DNA of 64,000 bases, taken from NCBI GenBank assembly GCA_945787785.1, contig CALZIO010000004.1, positions 31,087 through 95,086 of the forward strand, written 5' to 3'. The notes under the pieces were generated by a model that saw only the letters and a list, made by a program, of their open reading frames with translations, ran no database searches and was not told the DNA's origin. This DNA comes from an uncultured Chromatiaceae bacterium (lineage in GTDB: Bacteria; Pseudomonadota; Gammaproteobacteria; Tenderiales; Tenderiaceae). Shown here piece by piece: positions 42,075 to 52,150 of the stretch (its first letter is position 1; each line of letters opens with the position of its first letter). Position numbers and translations under genes: made by a program.

Positions 42075-43757
42075 ATGGATAATCAGCGTCTTATACTATT
42101 TATAGCTCTTGCCTTTGTACTCTTCTTGACTTGGGAGGCATGGCAGGAGGATTACGCACCGAAACCGGCTGCAACCGCCGCGGTCGAAACAACAACACCG
42201 GCTCTTGAGCCACCCAAGGATGTGCCCTTCGCACAACAGACTCTGGCTGATACCCCTGCAGTCATCAAACCAGACACCCCCGAAGCGTCTACAACAGGCA
42301 TGGAAGCCAGCGGTAGCAGCCAACGCATTAATGTTGTCACTGATACCCTGGACGTCATCATTGACACCCGTGGCGGTGATATTCGTCAGGCAGACCTGCT
42401 GAAATATCCTGTCGCCAGCGACAAACCGGATGAGCCCTTTCGATTAATGAAGGAAACGTTTCCAAATCTGTTTGTGGCTCAGAGTGGTCTACTTTCAAAT
42501 AATAATGCGCCTGATCACTATGCAATTTTTCAGTCCGAGAAGAATGACTATCTATTACAGCCGGGCCAGGATGAGCTGCGCGTCCCCCTTGTCTGGCAGG
42601 ATGAAGATGGCGTCAAGGTGACTAAGACTCTGATCTTTCATCGTGACAGTCATGTGATCGACATTGAACAAAAAATTGAAAACAACTCAGCAGAACCATG
42701 GCAAGGCAGTCAATACCGCCAATTGCAACGCAGCCGTCCCGATGGCAGTGGTGAATCTGCCTTTATTTACACCTATACCGGTGGTGTCATCTACAGTGAA
42801 GAAGAAAAATACGAAAAGCTAGAATTTGATGACATGGCCGAGAACAATCTCAGCCGTGATGTCGATGGCGGCTGGGCAGCCATGATCCAACATTATTTCC
42901 TGGCCGCGATTGTGCCACCGGCGGATGAGACCAATCATTTTTATAGTAAGGCGCCCGGGGATGATCGTTTTGTACTGGGAATGGTGTCACCTAGCAAGAC
43001 AGTCGATGCGGGCCAGAGTGATACGTTTACTACACGCTTTTATGTTGGTCCGAAAGACCAAAGTGTGTTGGAAGAGTTGGCCGACAATCTTGATCTGACC
43101 GTGGACTACGGCATACTGAGCGTTATTGCCAAACCATTATTCTGGGTGCTGAGCTGGTTCCATAGTCTATTCGGCAACTGGGGTTGGGCCATCCTGATGG
43201 TTACCCTGATCATCAAATTGATTTTCTATCCGTTGTCAGCGGCCAGTTATCGTTCCATGGCCAACATGCGCAAATTTGCCCCCAAGATGCAGCAGCTCAA
43301 GGAGCGTTATGGTGATGACCGCCAACGCATGAGCCAGGCGATGATGGAGCTGTATAAGAAAGAGAAGATCAATCCGCTCGGTGGTTGTTTACCGATGGTA
43401 GTACAGATTCCAGTGTTTATTGCCTTGTACTGGGTACTGCTTGAATCGGTAGAATTGCGTCAGGCGCCGTTCATTTTCTGGATTCAGGATCTCTCTATCA
43501 AAGACCCTTTTTATGTGCTGCCACTGTTGATGGGTGTCAGTATGTTCATCCAGCAAAAACTGAATCCGCCACCACCTGATCCGGTACAGGCCAAGGTGAT
43601 GATGGCATTGCCCATTATTTTCACCCTGTTTTTCGCCTTCTTCCCGGCGGGTTTGGTACTGTATTGGTTGGCTAACAGTGTCCTATCAGTGGCGCAACAG
43701 TGGTACATCACCGCCAAGATTGAAAAGGCAGCCGCAGCGGCCACGCCAAACAAATAA
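42075..43757 (+). CDS. yidC: membrane protein insertase YidC
   Basis: 560 aa. N-terminal TM helix, large periplasmic domain, and a conserved C-terminal core (MQQLKERYGDDRQRMSQAMMELYKKEKINPLGGCLP). Confidence 0.97.
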   Translation: MDNQRLILFIALAFVLFLTWEAWQEDYAPKPAATAAVETTTPALEPPKDVPFAQQTLADTPAVIKPDTPEASTTGMEASGSSQRINVVTDTLDVIIDTRGGDIRQADLLKYPVASDKPDEPFRLMKETFPNLFVAQSGLLSNNNAPDHYAIFQSEKNDYLLQPGQDELRVPLVWQDEDGVKVTKTLIFHRDSHVIDIEQKIENNSAEPWQGSQYRQLQRSRPDGSGESAFIYTYTGGVIYSEEEKYEKLEFDDMAENNLSRDVDGGWAAMIQHYFLAAIVPPADETNHFYSKAPGDDRFVLGMVSPSKTVDAGQSDTFTTRFYVGPKDQSVLEELADNLDLTVDYGILSVIAKPLFWVLSWFHSLFGNWGWAILMVTLIIKLIFYPLSAASYRSMANMRKFAPKMQQLKERYGDDRQRMSQAMMELYKKEKINPLGGCLPMVVQIPVFIALYWVLLESVELRQAPFIFWIQDLSIKDPFYVLPLLMGVSMFIQQKLNPPPPDPVQAKVMMALPIIFTLFFAFFPAGLVLYWLANSVLSVAQQWYITAKIEKAAAAATPNK

Positions 43758-43760
43758 AAT

Positions 43761-43789
43761 AAGGGCGCCTTCGGGTGCCCTTTTCATTT
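43761..43789 (+). terminator. rho-independent terminator after yidC
   Basis: aagggcgcc-ttcg-ggtgccctt hairpin followed by TTTTCATTT. Confidence 0.7.
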
Positions 43790-43795
43790 CAGTCC

Positions 43796-45148
43796 ATGGA
43801 ACAAAGCAACGACACCATTGCAGCGATTGCCACCCCACCTGGCCAAGGCGGGGTAGGTATCATTCGTGTGTCCGGACCCAAAACAAAACAGATTGCCCAC
43901 GCAGTGCTTGGCCAATGTCTTGCACCACGCCAAGCACATTATCTACCCTTCAAGGATACAAATAATACAGTGTTGGATGAGGGTATCGCCCTCTTCTTTC
44001 AGGCGCCCAATTCGTTTACCGGTGAAGATGTGTTGGAGCTGCAGGGCCATGGTGGCCCGGTGGTACTCGACATGTTGTTATCCAACGTGGTGGAATTGGG
44101 TGCGCGCCTGGCACAACCGGGAGAGTTTTCCCAGCGCGCCTTTTTAAACGATAAACTGGATTTGGCCCAAGCCGAGGCGATAGCCGATCTCATTGACAGC
44201 TCATCGATTGAAGCAGCGCGTTCAGCCTTGCGTTCACTGCAAGGCGAATTTTCCCAACGTATACATCGACTGCTCGAAGCGATGATTAAATTACGCATAT
44301 ATGTGGAAGCAGCAATTGATTTTCCCGAAGAAGAGATCGATTTTCTTTCAGACTCAGCAATCACTGAACAACTGCAAACCATCATCACAGATTTGCAAAA
44401 TATTATTGCTCAGGCTCAACAAGGTTGTCTGTTGCGTGAAGGCATGAATGTGGTTATCGCTGGCCAACCCAATGTTGGCAAATCCAGCCTGTTAAATAAA
44501 TTGGCACAACGTGAACTGGCGATTGTCACTGATATCGCCGGCACCACTCGCGATACGCTGCGCCAGGAAATCAGTATCGATGGATTGCCAGTACACATCA
44601 TTGACACGGCCGGTCTGCGTGAGAGTAGCGATACCGTAGAACAGATTGGGATTGAAAGGGCCTGGTCCGAAATCGAACAGGCCGATCGTATTCTTTTACT
44701 GATTAACGATGCCAGCGGTATTACAGCAGACGATCAGCACATCATTGATAAGCTGCCACAGAATATAGCGATAACCGTAGTACGCAATAAAATCGATATA
44801 AACAATCACCAGCCAAATATCAAACAGGGCCCTCTAGGTAAAGAGATTGGCCTGTCTGCTAAAACAGGTGCAGGTCTGGAACTGCTAACTCAACATCTTA
44901 AAGAATGTGTTGGTTTTCAAAGTGCAGGTGAAGGCAGTTTCATGGCGCGGCGCAGACATGTTGAAGCGCTGCAACGTGCCCTGGATTTTGTTTTGCAGGG
45001 TCAACAGCAACTACAACAACACCAAGCGGGTGAGTTATTGGCTGAAGATTTGCGTTTGGGGCATGAGGCCTTGAATGAGATCACGGGTGAATTCAGTTCT
45101 GATGATTTATTAGGTCGTATCTTCAGTTCTTTTTGTATTGGAAAGTGA
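43796..45148 (+). CDS. mnmE: tRNA modification GTPase MnmE
   Basis: [23 protein letters not shown]-terminus, G1 GQPNVGKSS, and a C-terminal FCIGK. The ORF-track start at 43775 lies inside the yidC terminator, so ATG 43796 is preferred. Confidence 0.95.
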   Translation: MEQSNDTIAAIATPPGQGGVGIIRVSGPKTKQIAHAVLGQCLAPRQAHYLPFKDTNNTVLDEGIALFFQAPNSFTGEDVLELQGHGGPVVLDMLLSNVVELGARLAQPGEFSQRAFLNDKLDLAQAEAIADLIDSSSIEAARSALRSLQGEFSQRIHRLLEAMIKLRIYVEAAIDFPEEEIDFLSDSAITEQLQTIITDLQNIIAQAQQGCLLREGMNVVIAGQPNVGKSSLLNKLAQRELAIVTDIAGTTRDTLRQEISIDGLPVHIIDTAGLRESSDTVEQIGIERAWSEIEQADRILLLINDASGITADDQHIIDKLPQNIAITVVRNKIDINNHQPNIKQGPLGKEIGLSAKTGAGLELLTQHLKECVGFQSAGEGSFMARRRHVEALQRALDFVLQGQQQLQQHQAGELLAEDLRLGHEALNEITGEFSSDDLLGRIFSSFCIGK

Positions 45149-45444
45149 TTAACGTTTACGCTTGGTCAAACACAAACCCCCATCGCTGATCAATTCAACT
45201 TTGTTGTTCCAGCAACTTACAAAACACTAATACGAAAATCTTTGCATCGTCCTGTTCGGTTATTCATGCAGTGCGCTTATTGTAAGCGTAGTTATAAATA
45301 TCAGCGGCGAAATAACAAAGCATTCATGTAGACATTTACGCAAAATGGTCTAATCTAAAATTAGAATTAGTCTACCCCATACGCATCTATTTGGAGAGCT
45401 TCATCACGCATTACATTTATTAACAACTGAAAGGGAGGGATTCC

Positions 45445-46461
45445 ATGAGAAAAATTTCAAGACGACAATTCCTGGGGGTGTCGCTAAAGGCAGGCGCGGC
45501 AACAATGTTTGCGGGTATGTTTGCACCGACCGCGACCAGTGTCATGGGGCTGGGTGGTATCGCCCATGCAGCCGACAAGAAGATATCGCCGTTCACTTTT
45601 GCAGTGCTGACTGACGCGCATCTATACGATATTCCTGATCACAAGTTCGATGCCATCTTGGAAAAGGGGGTTGCCGATGTCAACAGTCTTAGCCCGGCGC
45701 CAGATTTTGTCCTCTACGGTGGTGACTTGGGCCAATCAGGCAAAGAGGCGGAGCTGGTCAAAGGCAAGAAAATCCTCGATAAGCTCAAGATGCCATACAA
45801 GATCATTCCTGGGGAACATGATTACTATCTCGATATGGGCAAGGCTTGGCGTGGCCTGTTTGGAGATGAACACTGGTCCTTTGACCATAACGGCGTTCAC
45901 ATCATCGGCATGAACTCTATTCTGGTGGACGACTTCTGGACCATGGCCGAGCTAACGCCGCTAGAGCGTATGGGTCGGATGGAAGAACTGGAGTGTCATC
46001 AGTGTGGCCTCTGGGGTGTGCACGAAAAGCAACTCGATTGGCTTGAGAAAGATGTAAAAAAACTCAGTCCCAGTACCCCCATTATGATCATGACGCACTC
46101 ACCACTGTGGGACTATTATCCACGTTGGAACTTCCAGACCAGCGATGCGCCTGAGATCCGCGCGATCTTGCGTAAATTTGACAAGGTCATGGCGATTCAT
46201 GGCCATGTGCATCAGGTGGTCTACAATTCCATCGGCAATATCAATTCCGCCGGCCTGTTATCAACCTCCTGGCCCTGGCCTTATCCGCCGGTTGAACTTC
46301 CTTATCCCGATATCAGGATGAACCGCGTCGACCCGGGTGATTTCGAGGATGGCCTTGGTAGCCATCACATCGCTATCGCCAAAGAATTCGATGGCGTCGT
46401 GAACTACCGTGCGTTCTCCGACCTGTTACCGGAAAACGTTAAACGCGGTGTCAAACTCTAA
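45445..46461 (+). CDS. Tat-exported calcineurin-like metallophosphoesterase
   Basis: 338 aa. Twin-arginine signal SRRQFLGVS. Metallophosphoesterase motifs LTDAH, GGDL, GEHD, THSP and HGHVHQ. GGGAGGG Shine-Dalgarno upstream. Confidence 0.8.
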   Translation: MRKISRRQFLGVSLKAGAATMFAGMFAPTATSVMGLGGIAHAADKKISPFTFAVLTDAHLYDIPDHKFDAILEKGVADVNSLSPAPDFVLYGGDLGQSGKEAELVKGKKILDKLKMPYKIIPGEHDYYLDMGKAWRGLFGDEHWSFDHNGVHIIGMNSILVDDFWTMAELTPLERMGRMEELECHQCGLWGVHEKQLDWLEKDVKKLSPSTPIMIMTHSPLWDYYPRWNFQTSDAPEIRAILRKFDKVMAIHGHVHQVVYNSIGNINSAGLLSTSWPWPYPPVELPYPDIRMNRVDPGDFEDGLGSHHIAIAKEFDGVVNYRAFSDLLPENVKRGVKL

Positions 46462-46477
46462 TTCGGGAGAAAAGGAA

Positions 46478-46972
46478 ATGAATAATCGTCGATTTAAAAC
46501 ACTCACAACTGCGGTCGTGGCTGTATGCACCCTGGCCACAATGTTTGTTGTGAGTAATGTTCAGGCCAAAAAACCCTTCTCAGGTGCAGAAGCAGAGGAC
46601 CAGGTGAATATGCTGATGGCGGCTGTGAAGCGCGGTGATGATTTATGGCATAACCCCAAACTGGGTACTAACGGACTGGCTTGTGGTAATTGCCATCCGG
46701 ATGGTTCGGCCTCTAATCCGCACACCTGGCCCAAATACCAGACCAACCTGGGCAAGGTGGGTACGCTACGCGAGATGATCAACTGGTGTATTTCGGTACC
46801 GATGCTGGGTAAACCATTAGCGCCGGACAGTGATGACATGATTGCGATGGAGGCCTATGCCATGTACACCCATCGCGGTGTTGCCATTGCTCCGGCCAAG
46901 GATGAACAGCATGGTGCTGTGCCGGTGGTGAGTGGCCCAGGGTATCCCAATGCGGATTCTGGTAATCGCTAA
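46478..46972 (+). CDS. periplasmic monohaem c-type cytochrome (SoxA/CCP-like haem environment)
   Basis: ATG 46478 follows a GGGAGAAAAGGA Shine-Dalgarno; the ORF-track start at 46409 overlaps the upstream gene. Signal peptide ..SNVQA, single CGNCH motif, and a downstream TLREMINWCI segment reminiscent of SoxA-type cytochromes. Confidence 0.7.
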   Translation: MNNRRFKTLTTAVVAVCTLATMFVVSNVQAKKPFSGAEAEDQVNMLMAAVKRGDDLWHNPKLGTNGLACGNCHPDGSASNPHTWPKYQTNLGKVGTLREMINWCISVPMLGKPLAPDSDDMIAMEAYAMYTHRGVAIAPAKDEQHGAVPVVSGPGYPNADSGNR

Positions 46973-47023
46973 CCCGGTTGCTGTAATTGCAGCAGCAGAT
47001 AGCACACTGAAAGGAACTTCATC

Positions 47024-47587
47024 ATGTTAAATATCCTAAAGCAGTTACTGGCCGTCGTGACCGCAACATTCATTGTCTTCAGCTCGAGTTGGGCTGGCAC
47101 ATGCCGCACTGACACACTCGTAGAGTCCACACCAACAAGCAGATTTTCCAGCTTGGGTGAAACGGTGACAGATCAGGAAACCACACTCTCATGGATGCGC
47201 TGCGCCGTAGGTCAGCAGTGGGATGGTAAAAGCTGTTTGGGTCAAGCACAAACCGTTGACTGGCAAGATGCGATGGCAATGGTTGAACAGGCAAACAGCC
47301 ATAAAATTGGTGGCCATAGCGACTGGCGTATGCCAATGGTACCGGAACTGGCTTCCATCGTTGAACGGCAGTGTTTTAACCCGCGCATGAATACCACAGT
47401 GTTTCCTGGTGCGTCCTCTGAAGTATTCTGGAGTAGCATGGAAAAGAAGGGTACCAAAAACTATGTTTATACCCTCGACTTTGGTGGCGGCCAAGCTGTT
47501 GCCAGTGACAAGCAGCGTCTGGGTGCAGTCAGACTGGTACGCGGTGGTCCATGGTGGCAACCACCCAAAATAATGTCACAGCGCTAA
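47024..47587 (+). CDS. secreted DUF1566 (Lcl C-terminal domain-like) protein
   Basis: 187 aa. Signal peptide, plus the hallmark DWRMPMVPELASIV and FWSS motifs of DUF1566. Confidence 0.6.
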   Translation: MLNILKQLLAVVTATFIVFSSSWAGTCRTDTLVESTPTSRFSSLGETVTDQETTLSWMRCAVGQQWDGKSCLGQAQTVDWQDAMAMVEQANSHKIGGHSDWRMPMVPELASIVERQCFNPRMNTTVFPGASSEVFWSSMEKKGTKNYVYTLDFGGGQAVASDKQRLGAVRLVRGGPWWQPPKIMSQR

Positions 47588-47604
47588 TATGAAATAGAAA
47601 TGGT

Positions 47605-48249
47605 TCAGGGTGTTGGATTTAAATGTTCAACATCCTGAACACGTTCCTCAGGCAGTGCATCTTGCTCGACTTCATTCTCATCCGTAGTTTCTTCAATCTC
47701 AGGTTCTACTTCATCACGGTAGCGTTTGTAGATAGATATTTTATCGCTGGCTTCGACGTAGACCCTTTCCAGGCACTCACCATCTTTTGTCGAGTATTTA
47801 GTTAGATCGCCACTGCTGCAATGGTCGCCACCATGCACTCTAAGAGTTTTTATTTTTTTACATTTTAAGCCGCGGAAAGTGATTTCTTTATACAGGTGTT
47901 TAGTCGGTTTTATATTTGGAAAACCTCGTTTAACCGATTCATAAACAATGTCTTCTTCAGTATAGGCAGAAAAACTTAGCACCAGACTGCCGATTTTTAC
48001 TGCCAGGCCATTGCGTAAACGTAAGCCTATACGACAGGAGCCGGCGGTGTCTTCAACACGCACAACACTAAGATAGGCATAACGAGAGGACGAATCATTT
48101 GATTTATCCTTTTCAACATACTCCCAGCTCATATCATCTTTAAGTAGAATTCGTTTGCCGTCCGGGGCAATCAATTCCATGTCAGCAAGACAAAAGCTGC
48201 TGTATGCCAACAGCAAAGAACCTAACAAGGAAGTAATAGTTGTTTTCAT
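47605..48249 (-). CDS. hypothetical secreted protein with acidic C-terminal tail
   Basis: 214 aa. Signal peptide (..SFCLA), no recognisable motif. Coding status rests on ORF length and the signal peptide only. Confidence 0.4.
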   Translation of the reverse strand: MKTTITSLLGSLLLAYSSFCLADMELIAPDGKRILLKDDMSWEYVEKDKSNDSSSRYAYLSVVRVEDTAGSCRIGLRLRNGLAVKIGSLVLSFSAYTEEDIVYESVKRGFPNIKPTKHLYKEITFRGLKCKKIKTLRVHGGDHCSSGDLTKYSTKDGECLERVYVEASDKISIYKRYRDEVEPEIEETTDENEVEQDALPEERVQDVEHLNPTP

Positions 48250-48350
48250 TGGCCGAGCCTATTTTCTGAATGCAGCAATTATTATATCGGGGGATGCTAA
48301 CAGCGAGTTTAATTCAATGATACGGAATTTGTTATCTTGAAATATTTTTC

Positions 48351-48674
48351 TCATTTAGGGTATGGAAGTTCATGGTCTTCCTCCAGGTCATCATCATCCA
48401 TATATTTTCTGGCTTCAATAAATTCAGCTTCAGTTAAATATTTTCGTTGCACTTCTTCCAGCTGTTGCGGGTCTGTGATGATTTTACCAACGGCATGAAT
48501 CCAGCTGTCCAATTCCGGATCCTGGAAACGAAATTCATGGAAGGTAAAATCCATCCACCCAGCCCCATCTCGGGCGGCAAATTCATCAGGATCGGTAGCG
48601 ATTGGGAATACCTCACGCACGTGGGTTTCCATTTCATTCGTGGCAAGTGGCAAGTGACTTCTATCGTTTGTCAT
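48351..48674 (-). CDS. hypothetical acidic protein
   Basis: 107 aa ORF immediately downstream of the GGCT-like gene on the same strand. No recognisable motif. Confidence 0.35.
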   Translation of the reverse strand: MTNDRSHLPLATNEMETHVREVFPIATDPDEFAARDGAGWMDFTFHEFRFQDPELDSWIHAVGKIITDPQQLEEVQRKYLTEAEFIEARKYMDDDDLEEDHELPYPK

Positions 48675-48681
48675 GACAACC

Positions 48682-49188
48682 TCAACTTCTGTATTTATCT
48701 AATTCAATACCCAGGATTGAAAAATGGTGATCATTGCGCTCAGCGTCCGGATCATTAATCGAATTCTGTAATGAAATCAATGAGCAGTAATCAGCATCCA
48801 AGCCGTGCGAAAGCGCGCCTTGCAATACATATAATTTGTACCAATGGTAGGGCAACAGGTCGTGATTAATTTTTTCATCATGGGCGATGTAGGTATACGC
48901 CGGCATCGTACCTGTTCTGGTATCAACCTTAACCTGGTGAAAAGTATAACCAGCTTCGTGTTCGTCCAGTAGTGACTGTTCCCGCTCTGCAATTTCGTAA
49001 ACAACACCATGTACCTCGGCATCTCCAACGATGATGTTGCATTTGCCCGAGTCATCAGCACCATGTTTGTGAAACGCGAGCTGGTAACCCGGCAAGATGG
49101 CTTTATCGATAACACGCGCTGAAGCTACGCGTTGCTTGAGGCGTGAAAAGTGCAGATTGGAGCCGTAGGCAAAATACGTTACCGTCAT
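48682..49188 (-). CDS. gamma-glutamylcyclotransferase-like (AIG2/GGACT fold) protein
   Basis: 168 aa. The N-terminal YFAYGSNL motif is diagnostic of the GGCT fold. Start lies 3 nt after the transglutaminase gene stop. Confidence 0.65.
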   Translation of the reverse strand: MTVTYFAYGSNLHFSRLKQRVASARVIDKAILPGYQLAFHKHGADDSGKCNIIVGDAEVHGVVYEIAEREQSLLDEHEAGYTFHQVKVDTRTGTMPAYTYIAHDEKINHDLLPYHWYKLYVLQGALSHGLDADYCSLISLQNSINDPDAERNDHHFSILGIELDKYRS

Positions 49189-49190
49189 AA

Positions 49191-51167
49191 TCAGGGGTTA
49201 AACTCAATTACTCGCTGTTTGAATTGTAACAATTGTTTATCACTACTTTTATTAGCATAGCGCAAATGGGAATAGAGTGCTGTGATGCGATCGACTTGTT
49301 CACTCAACTCCGGGCGATTTGCTTTGACACGTTTGGCAAAGTCAGTTGCGGTTTCATTCTCGCCGCGTAACAAACCCCGCCTGGCCAGCTTGCGGCAAAA
49401 GCGCTGATAACTTTTTAGTACCGGATCGATTTGTTTCTGCCGCGGAATCAATACAAACGCCGTGATCAAGGCAAATAGGCCGCCAATAATCAACAGAAAT
49501 TTCCAGGCCAAACTGCGCCAGTCGGTAATGTCGAGGCCCAGGTTGTGTAAAAATTCGGCCTGCTGTTTGGGGCCATACCCGAGTACCCATTGGTTCCAGC
49601 GGTTATTGATGGCATCGAGATTGAGCTGCAGCTGCTGCCACGCCTTGGCCAGCAGCTCACTATGGGGCACATTAAAACGTACCGCCTCTCCGGCGCCAAG
49701 CAGCGAGGTGTTAATGCTGCGTTCAACCCGCTCGGGAGCGACGGCGGCCGTCGGATCAATTCGAACCCAGCCTTGTCCAGCGAGCCAGACCTCGGCCCAG
49801 GCGTGGGCATCGCGCTGACGCACAATATAGTAGTCATCCACCGGATTCAGTTCGCCGCCCTGATAACCGGTCACCACCCGTGCTGGTATCCCGGCGGCGC
49901 GCATCAGCATGGTGAAGCTAGAGGCGTAATGTTCACAAAAGCCGGTACGGCTCTCAAACAAAAACTGGTCGCTCGGGTCATTGCTGGTTAGCAGTGGAGG
50001 ACTGAGTGAATAAACAAACGGCTGCTCGCGGAACATGGCCAAGGCCTGTTCGACAATATTGATCTCAGAGCGGGCATTCTGGCGCAGTGATTGACCCAGT
50101 TCGAAGGTACGCGGGTTGCTGTCTTGCGGTAATTGTAATCCCAGCCGGCGCTCAATTTCCGGTAGCTCACCGGTGAGATAATCGGTGTATGAGACCATAT
50201 GATATTTGAGGCGCTGGCGTACCTTCTTAGAGGAAGTTAGCTGATATTCCCTGCCAATTCGGCCGTGTTCACTGGCGGTTGCCGGTAGATCGAGCACGAA
50301 GAGCCAGTTGCGATTGTGCGGCTCCAGCGTCACGGTGTAGGCGATAGAATTATCATGCCAGGCCAGTTCTGGTGTTTGCCAGTCGGGTTGGCGCAGTTGC
50401 GGTCCTGGATTCCAGTTACGTCCATCGGTGCTCCATAACACCGGTCCGCGCCAATAACGCTTGGCCGGTGGCGGAGCCGGGCCATCGAATTTGACCCGGA
50501 AGGCCACCGCATCCGATTGGCTCAAATGGCTGATGGCACCGGGACTCATGCTGTCATCCAGGCCGGTCATGCCGGCGTAGGCATCCTTGGGTAGTCCCCA
50601 GATCGGGCCGGCGGCTCGCGGAAACAGCACAAACAGGGCCAACATCAGTGGCAAGCCCAGCAGCATCAGGCCAGCGGCGCTGCGCAAACTGTGGCGCATA
50701 GGACGTTGGTCAAGGCTGGTCAGGTGCATGTGCAGACTAATCAACAGCCAGGCCACCAGCATCACATAAGCCGCCAGCGGGATGGTTTGGCTATAGAGGA
50801 AATGGGTCACCAGAATGAAATAGGCCATAAACATCAACACCAGCACGTCGCGGCGTTGGCGCAGTTCCACCAGTTTCAAACCCATCATCAACACCAGCAA
50901 GGCGGTACCCGATTCCCGCCCGACCAGGGTGCCATAATTGACAAACACGGCGATCAGCAAGCCGAGGGTGAGTAACAGCTTGATGGTGTTATTGGGCAGA
51001 TGCCAGTTGCGCCGGGTGGCCAGCCAGCGCCACATGCCGATACCCACGGCCAGAATGGCGGCCCACAGGGGCAAGTTTATTAAATGGGGCAATATAGTCA
51101 GTCCCAAGCCGGCCAATAACCAGGTCATGGCGCGTTGGTCGAGCACGGTAATCACCGGGCCATTCAT
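49191..51167 (-). CDS. transglutaminase-like membrane protein (DUF3488 + TGase core, TgpA-like)
   Basis: 658 aa. Multi-TM N-terminus and catalytic Cys motif GFCEHYASSFTMLMRAAGIPARVVTGY. A C-terminal TM helix is followed by a DUF4129-like tail. Confidence 0.8.
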   Translation of the reverse strand: MNGPVITVLDQRAMTWLLAGLGLTILPHLINLPLWAAILAVGIGMWRWLATRRNWHLPNNTIKLLLTLGLLIAVFVNYGTLVGRESGTALLVLMMGLKLVELRQRRDVLVLMFMAYFILVTHFLYSQTIPLAAYVMLVAWLLISLHMHLTSLDQRPMRHSLRSAAGLMLLGLPLMLALFVLFPRAAGPIWGLPKDAYAGMTGLDDSMSPGAISHLSQSDAVAFRVKFDGPAPPPAKRYWRGPVLWSTDGRNWNPGPQLRQPDWQTPELAWHDNSIAYTVTLEPHNRNWLFVLDLPATASEHGRIGREYQLTSSKKVRQRLKYHMVSYTDYLTGELPEIERRLGLQLPQDSNPRTFELGQSLRQNARSEINIVEQALAMFREQPFVYSLSPPLLTSNDPSDQFLFESRTGFCEHYASSFTMLMRAAGIPARVVTGYQGGELNPVDDYYIVRQRDAHAWAEVWLAGQGWVRIDPTAAVAPERVERSINTSLLGAGEAVRFNVPHSELLAKAWQQLQLNLDAINNRWNQWVLGYGPKQQAEFLHNLGLDITDWRSLAWKFLLIIGGLFALITAFVLIPRQKQIDPVLKSYQRFCRKLARRGLLRGENETATDFAKRVKANRPELSEQVDRITALYSHLRYANKSSDKQLLQFKQRVIEFNP

Positions 51168-52147
51168 GTTGATTCACCAAACAGGGCTAGCCGCGCCAGG
51201 CATTGTTCCAACTGGTTTTTACCCTGGGCGGGGGGTAGCACCTCGCCCGGCAGGCGCAGACCATAGCGCTGTTGCTGGTTGTCGGCATCCAGCAGCCAAC
51301 GGCATAACTGACTCAGGCGTGTCTCAATATCGGCGCCGCGGGTATCATGCCAGTCAAACCATAATTCCGGTGATTGATGGCGCTGAAACTGTTTGGTTAC
51401 CAGGCCATGCTCTCGCGCCAGCGCCTTCCAGTTGATATGGCGTGGCGAATCACCCGGGTGATAAGCGCGAAAGCCATGGAAATCATCGCTGCCCTCTTCA
51501 TGGGTCTGTTTGCGTTCACCACTGCCTTGCCCTTGTGGAGGCAACGGTGAGTGATCGCTGGGGTGCGGATAGACCAGGGTCTCTGCCTCTACATCGACAT
51601 AGGCCCAGGCGCGAAACAAGCCTAAGGGATAACAGCTGGAGAGGGTGATTCTGCCCAGCTGTGATCGGCCTCGTTGTGACGCGGGAACGGCAAGCGTGAT
51701 TTGGGTATGATCCTGACGGGCGATCGATGCGACGGCGTTGATGCCTGTGGCATTTCTAGCGTCAATATCAAACCGTTGGCGCAGCTGATGATTTGTCAGT
51801 ATTAAATGAAAGGCGGCGTGGCCACCCGCGAAACAAGGTTCAGCACCACTGAGTTTGATGTCGAGATTGACCAGATTACGATATGTGTAAAGCATCGATA
51901 CCAGCGTGACGCTGCCGAGCCAAAAGGTCAGCACAAATGCCATGCTGTTGCTGTAATTGATGGCGCCGAGCAGCATCAATAACAACACGGTAAAAAACAC
52001 CATGCCCTGCTTGGTGGGCAGGATGAAAATGCGTTTGCCACGCAAGGTGGCGGTCTGTTTGGCTGAAGCGGCTTGATAACGAATGCCGCGTGGACGCAGC
52101 CTGGGCGGCAGTTTATCGAGCCAGCTATGTAGCGCTGTTACGCCCAT
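51164..52147 (-). CDS. DUF58 family protein (MoxR partner)
   Basis: 327 aa. Two N-terminal TM helices and the FHGFRAYHPGDSPRHINWKA motif typical of DUF58. 4-nt overlap with the downstream gene. Confidence 0.75.
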   Translation of the reverse strand: MGVTALHSWLDKLPPRLRPRGIRYQAASAKQTATLRGKRIFILPTKQGMVFFTVLLLMLLGAINYSNSMAFVLTFWLGSVTLVSMLYTYRNLVNLDIKLSGAEPCFAGGHAAFHLILTNHQLRQRFDIDARNATGINAVASIARQDHTQITLAVPASQRGRSQLGRITLSSCYPLGLFRAWAYVDVEAETLVYPHPSDHSPLPPQGQGSGERKQTHEEGSDDFHGFRAYHPGDSPRHINWKALAREHGLVTKQFQRHQSPELWFDWHDTRGADIETRLSQLCRWLLDADNQQQRYGLRLPGEVLPPAQGKNQLEQCLARLALFGEST

Positions 52148-52150
52148 ACA

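Noticed and set aside
50938-51435. 165-aa plus-strand ORF spanning the transglutaminase / DUF58 junction, together with other 60-133-aa ORFs in 49.3-51.0 kb
   Set aside because: They lie antisense to two recognisable, translationally coupled genes in a GC-rich stretch where long spurious frames are expected.
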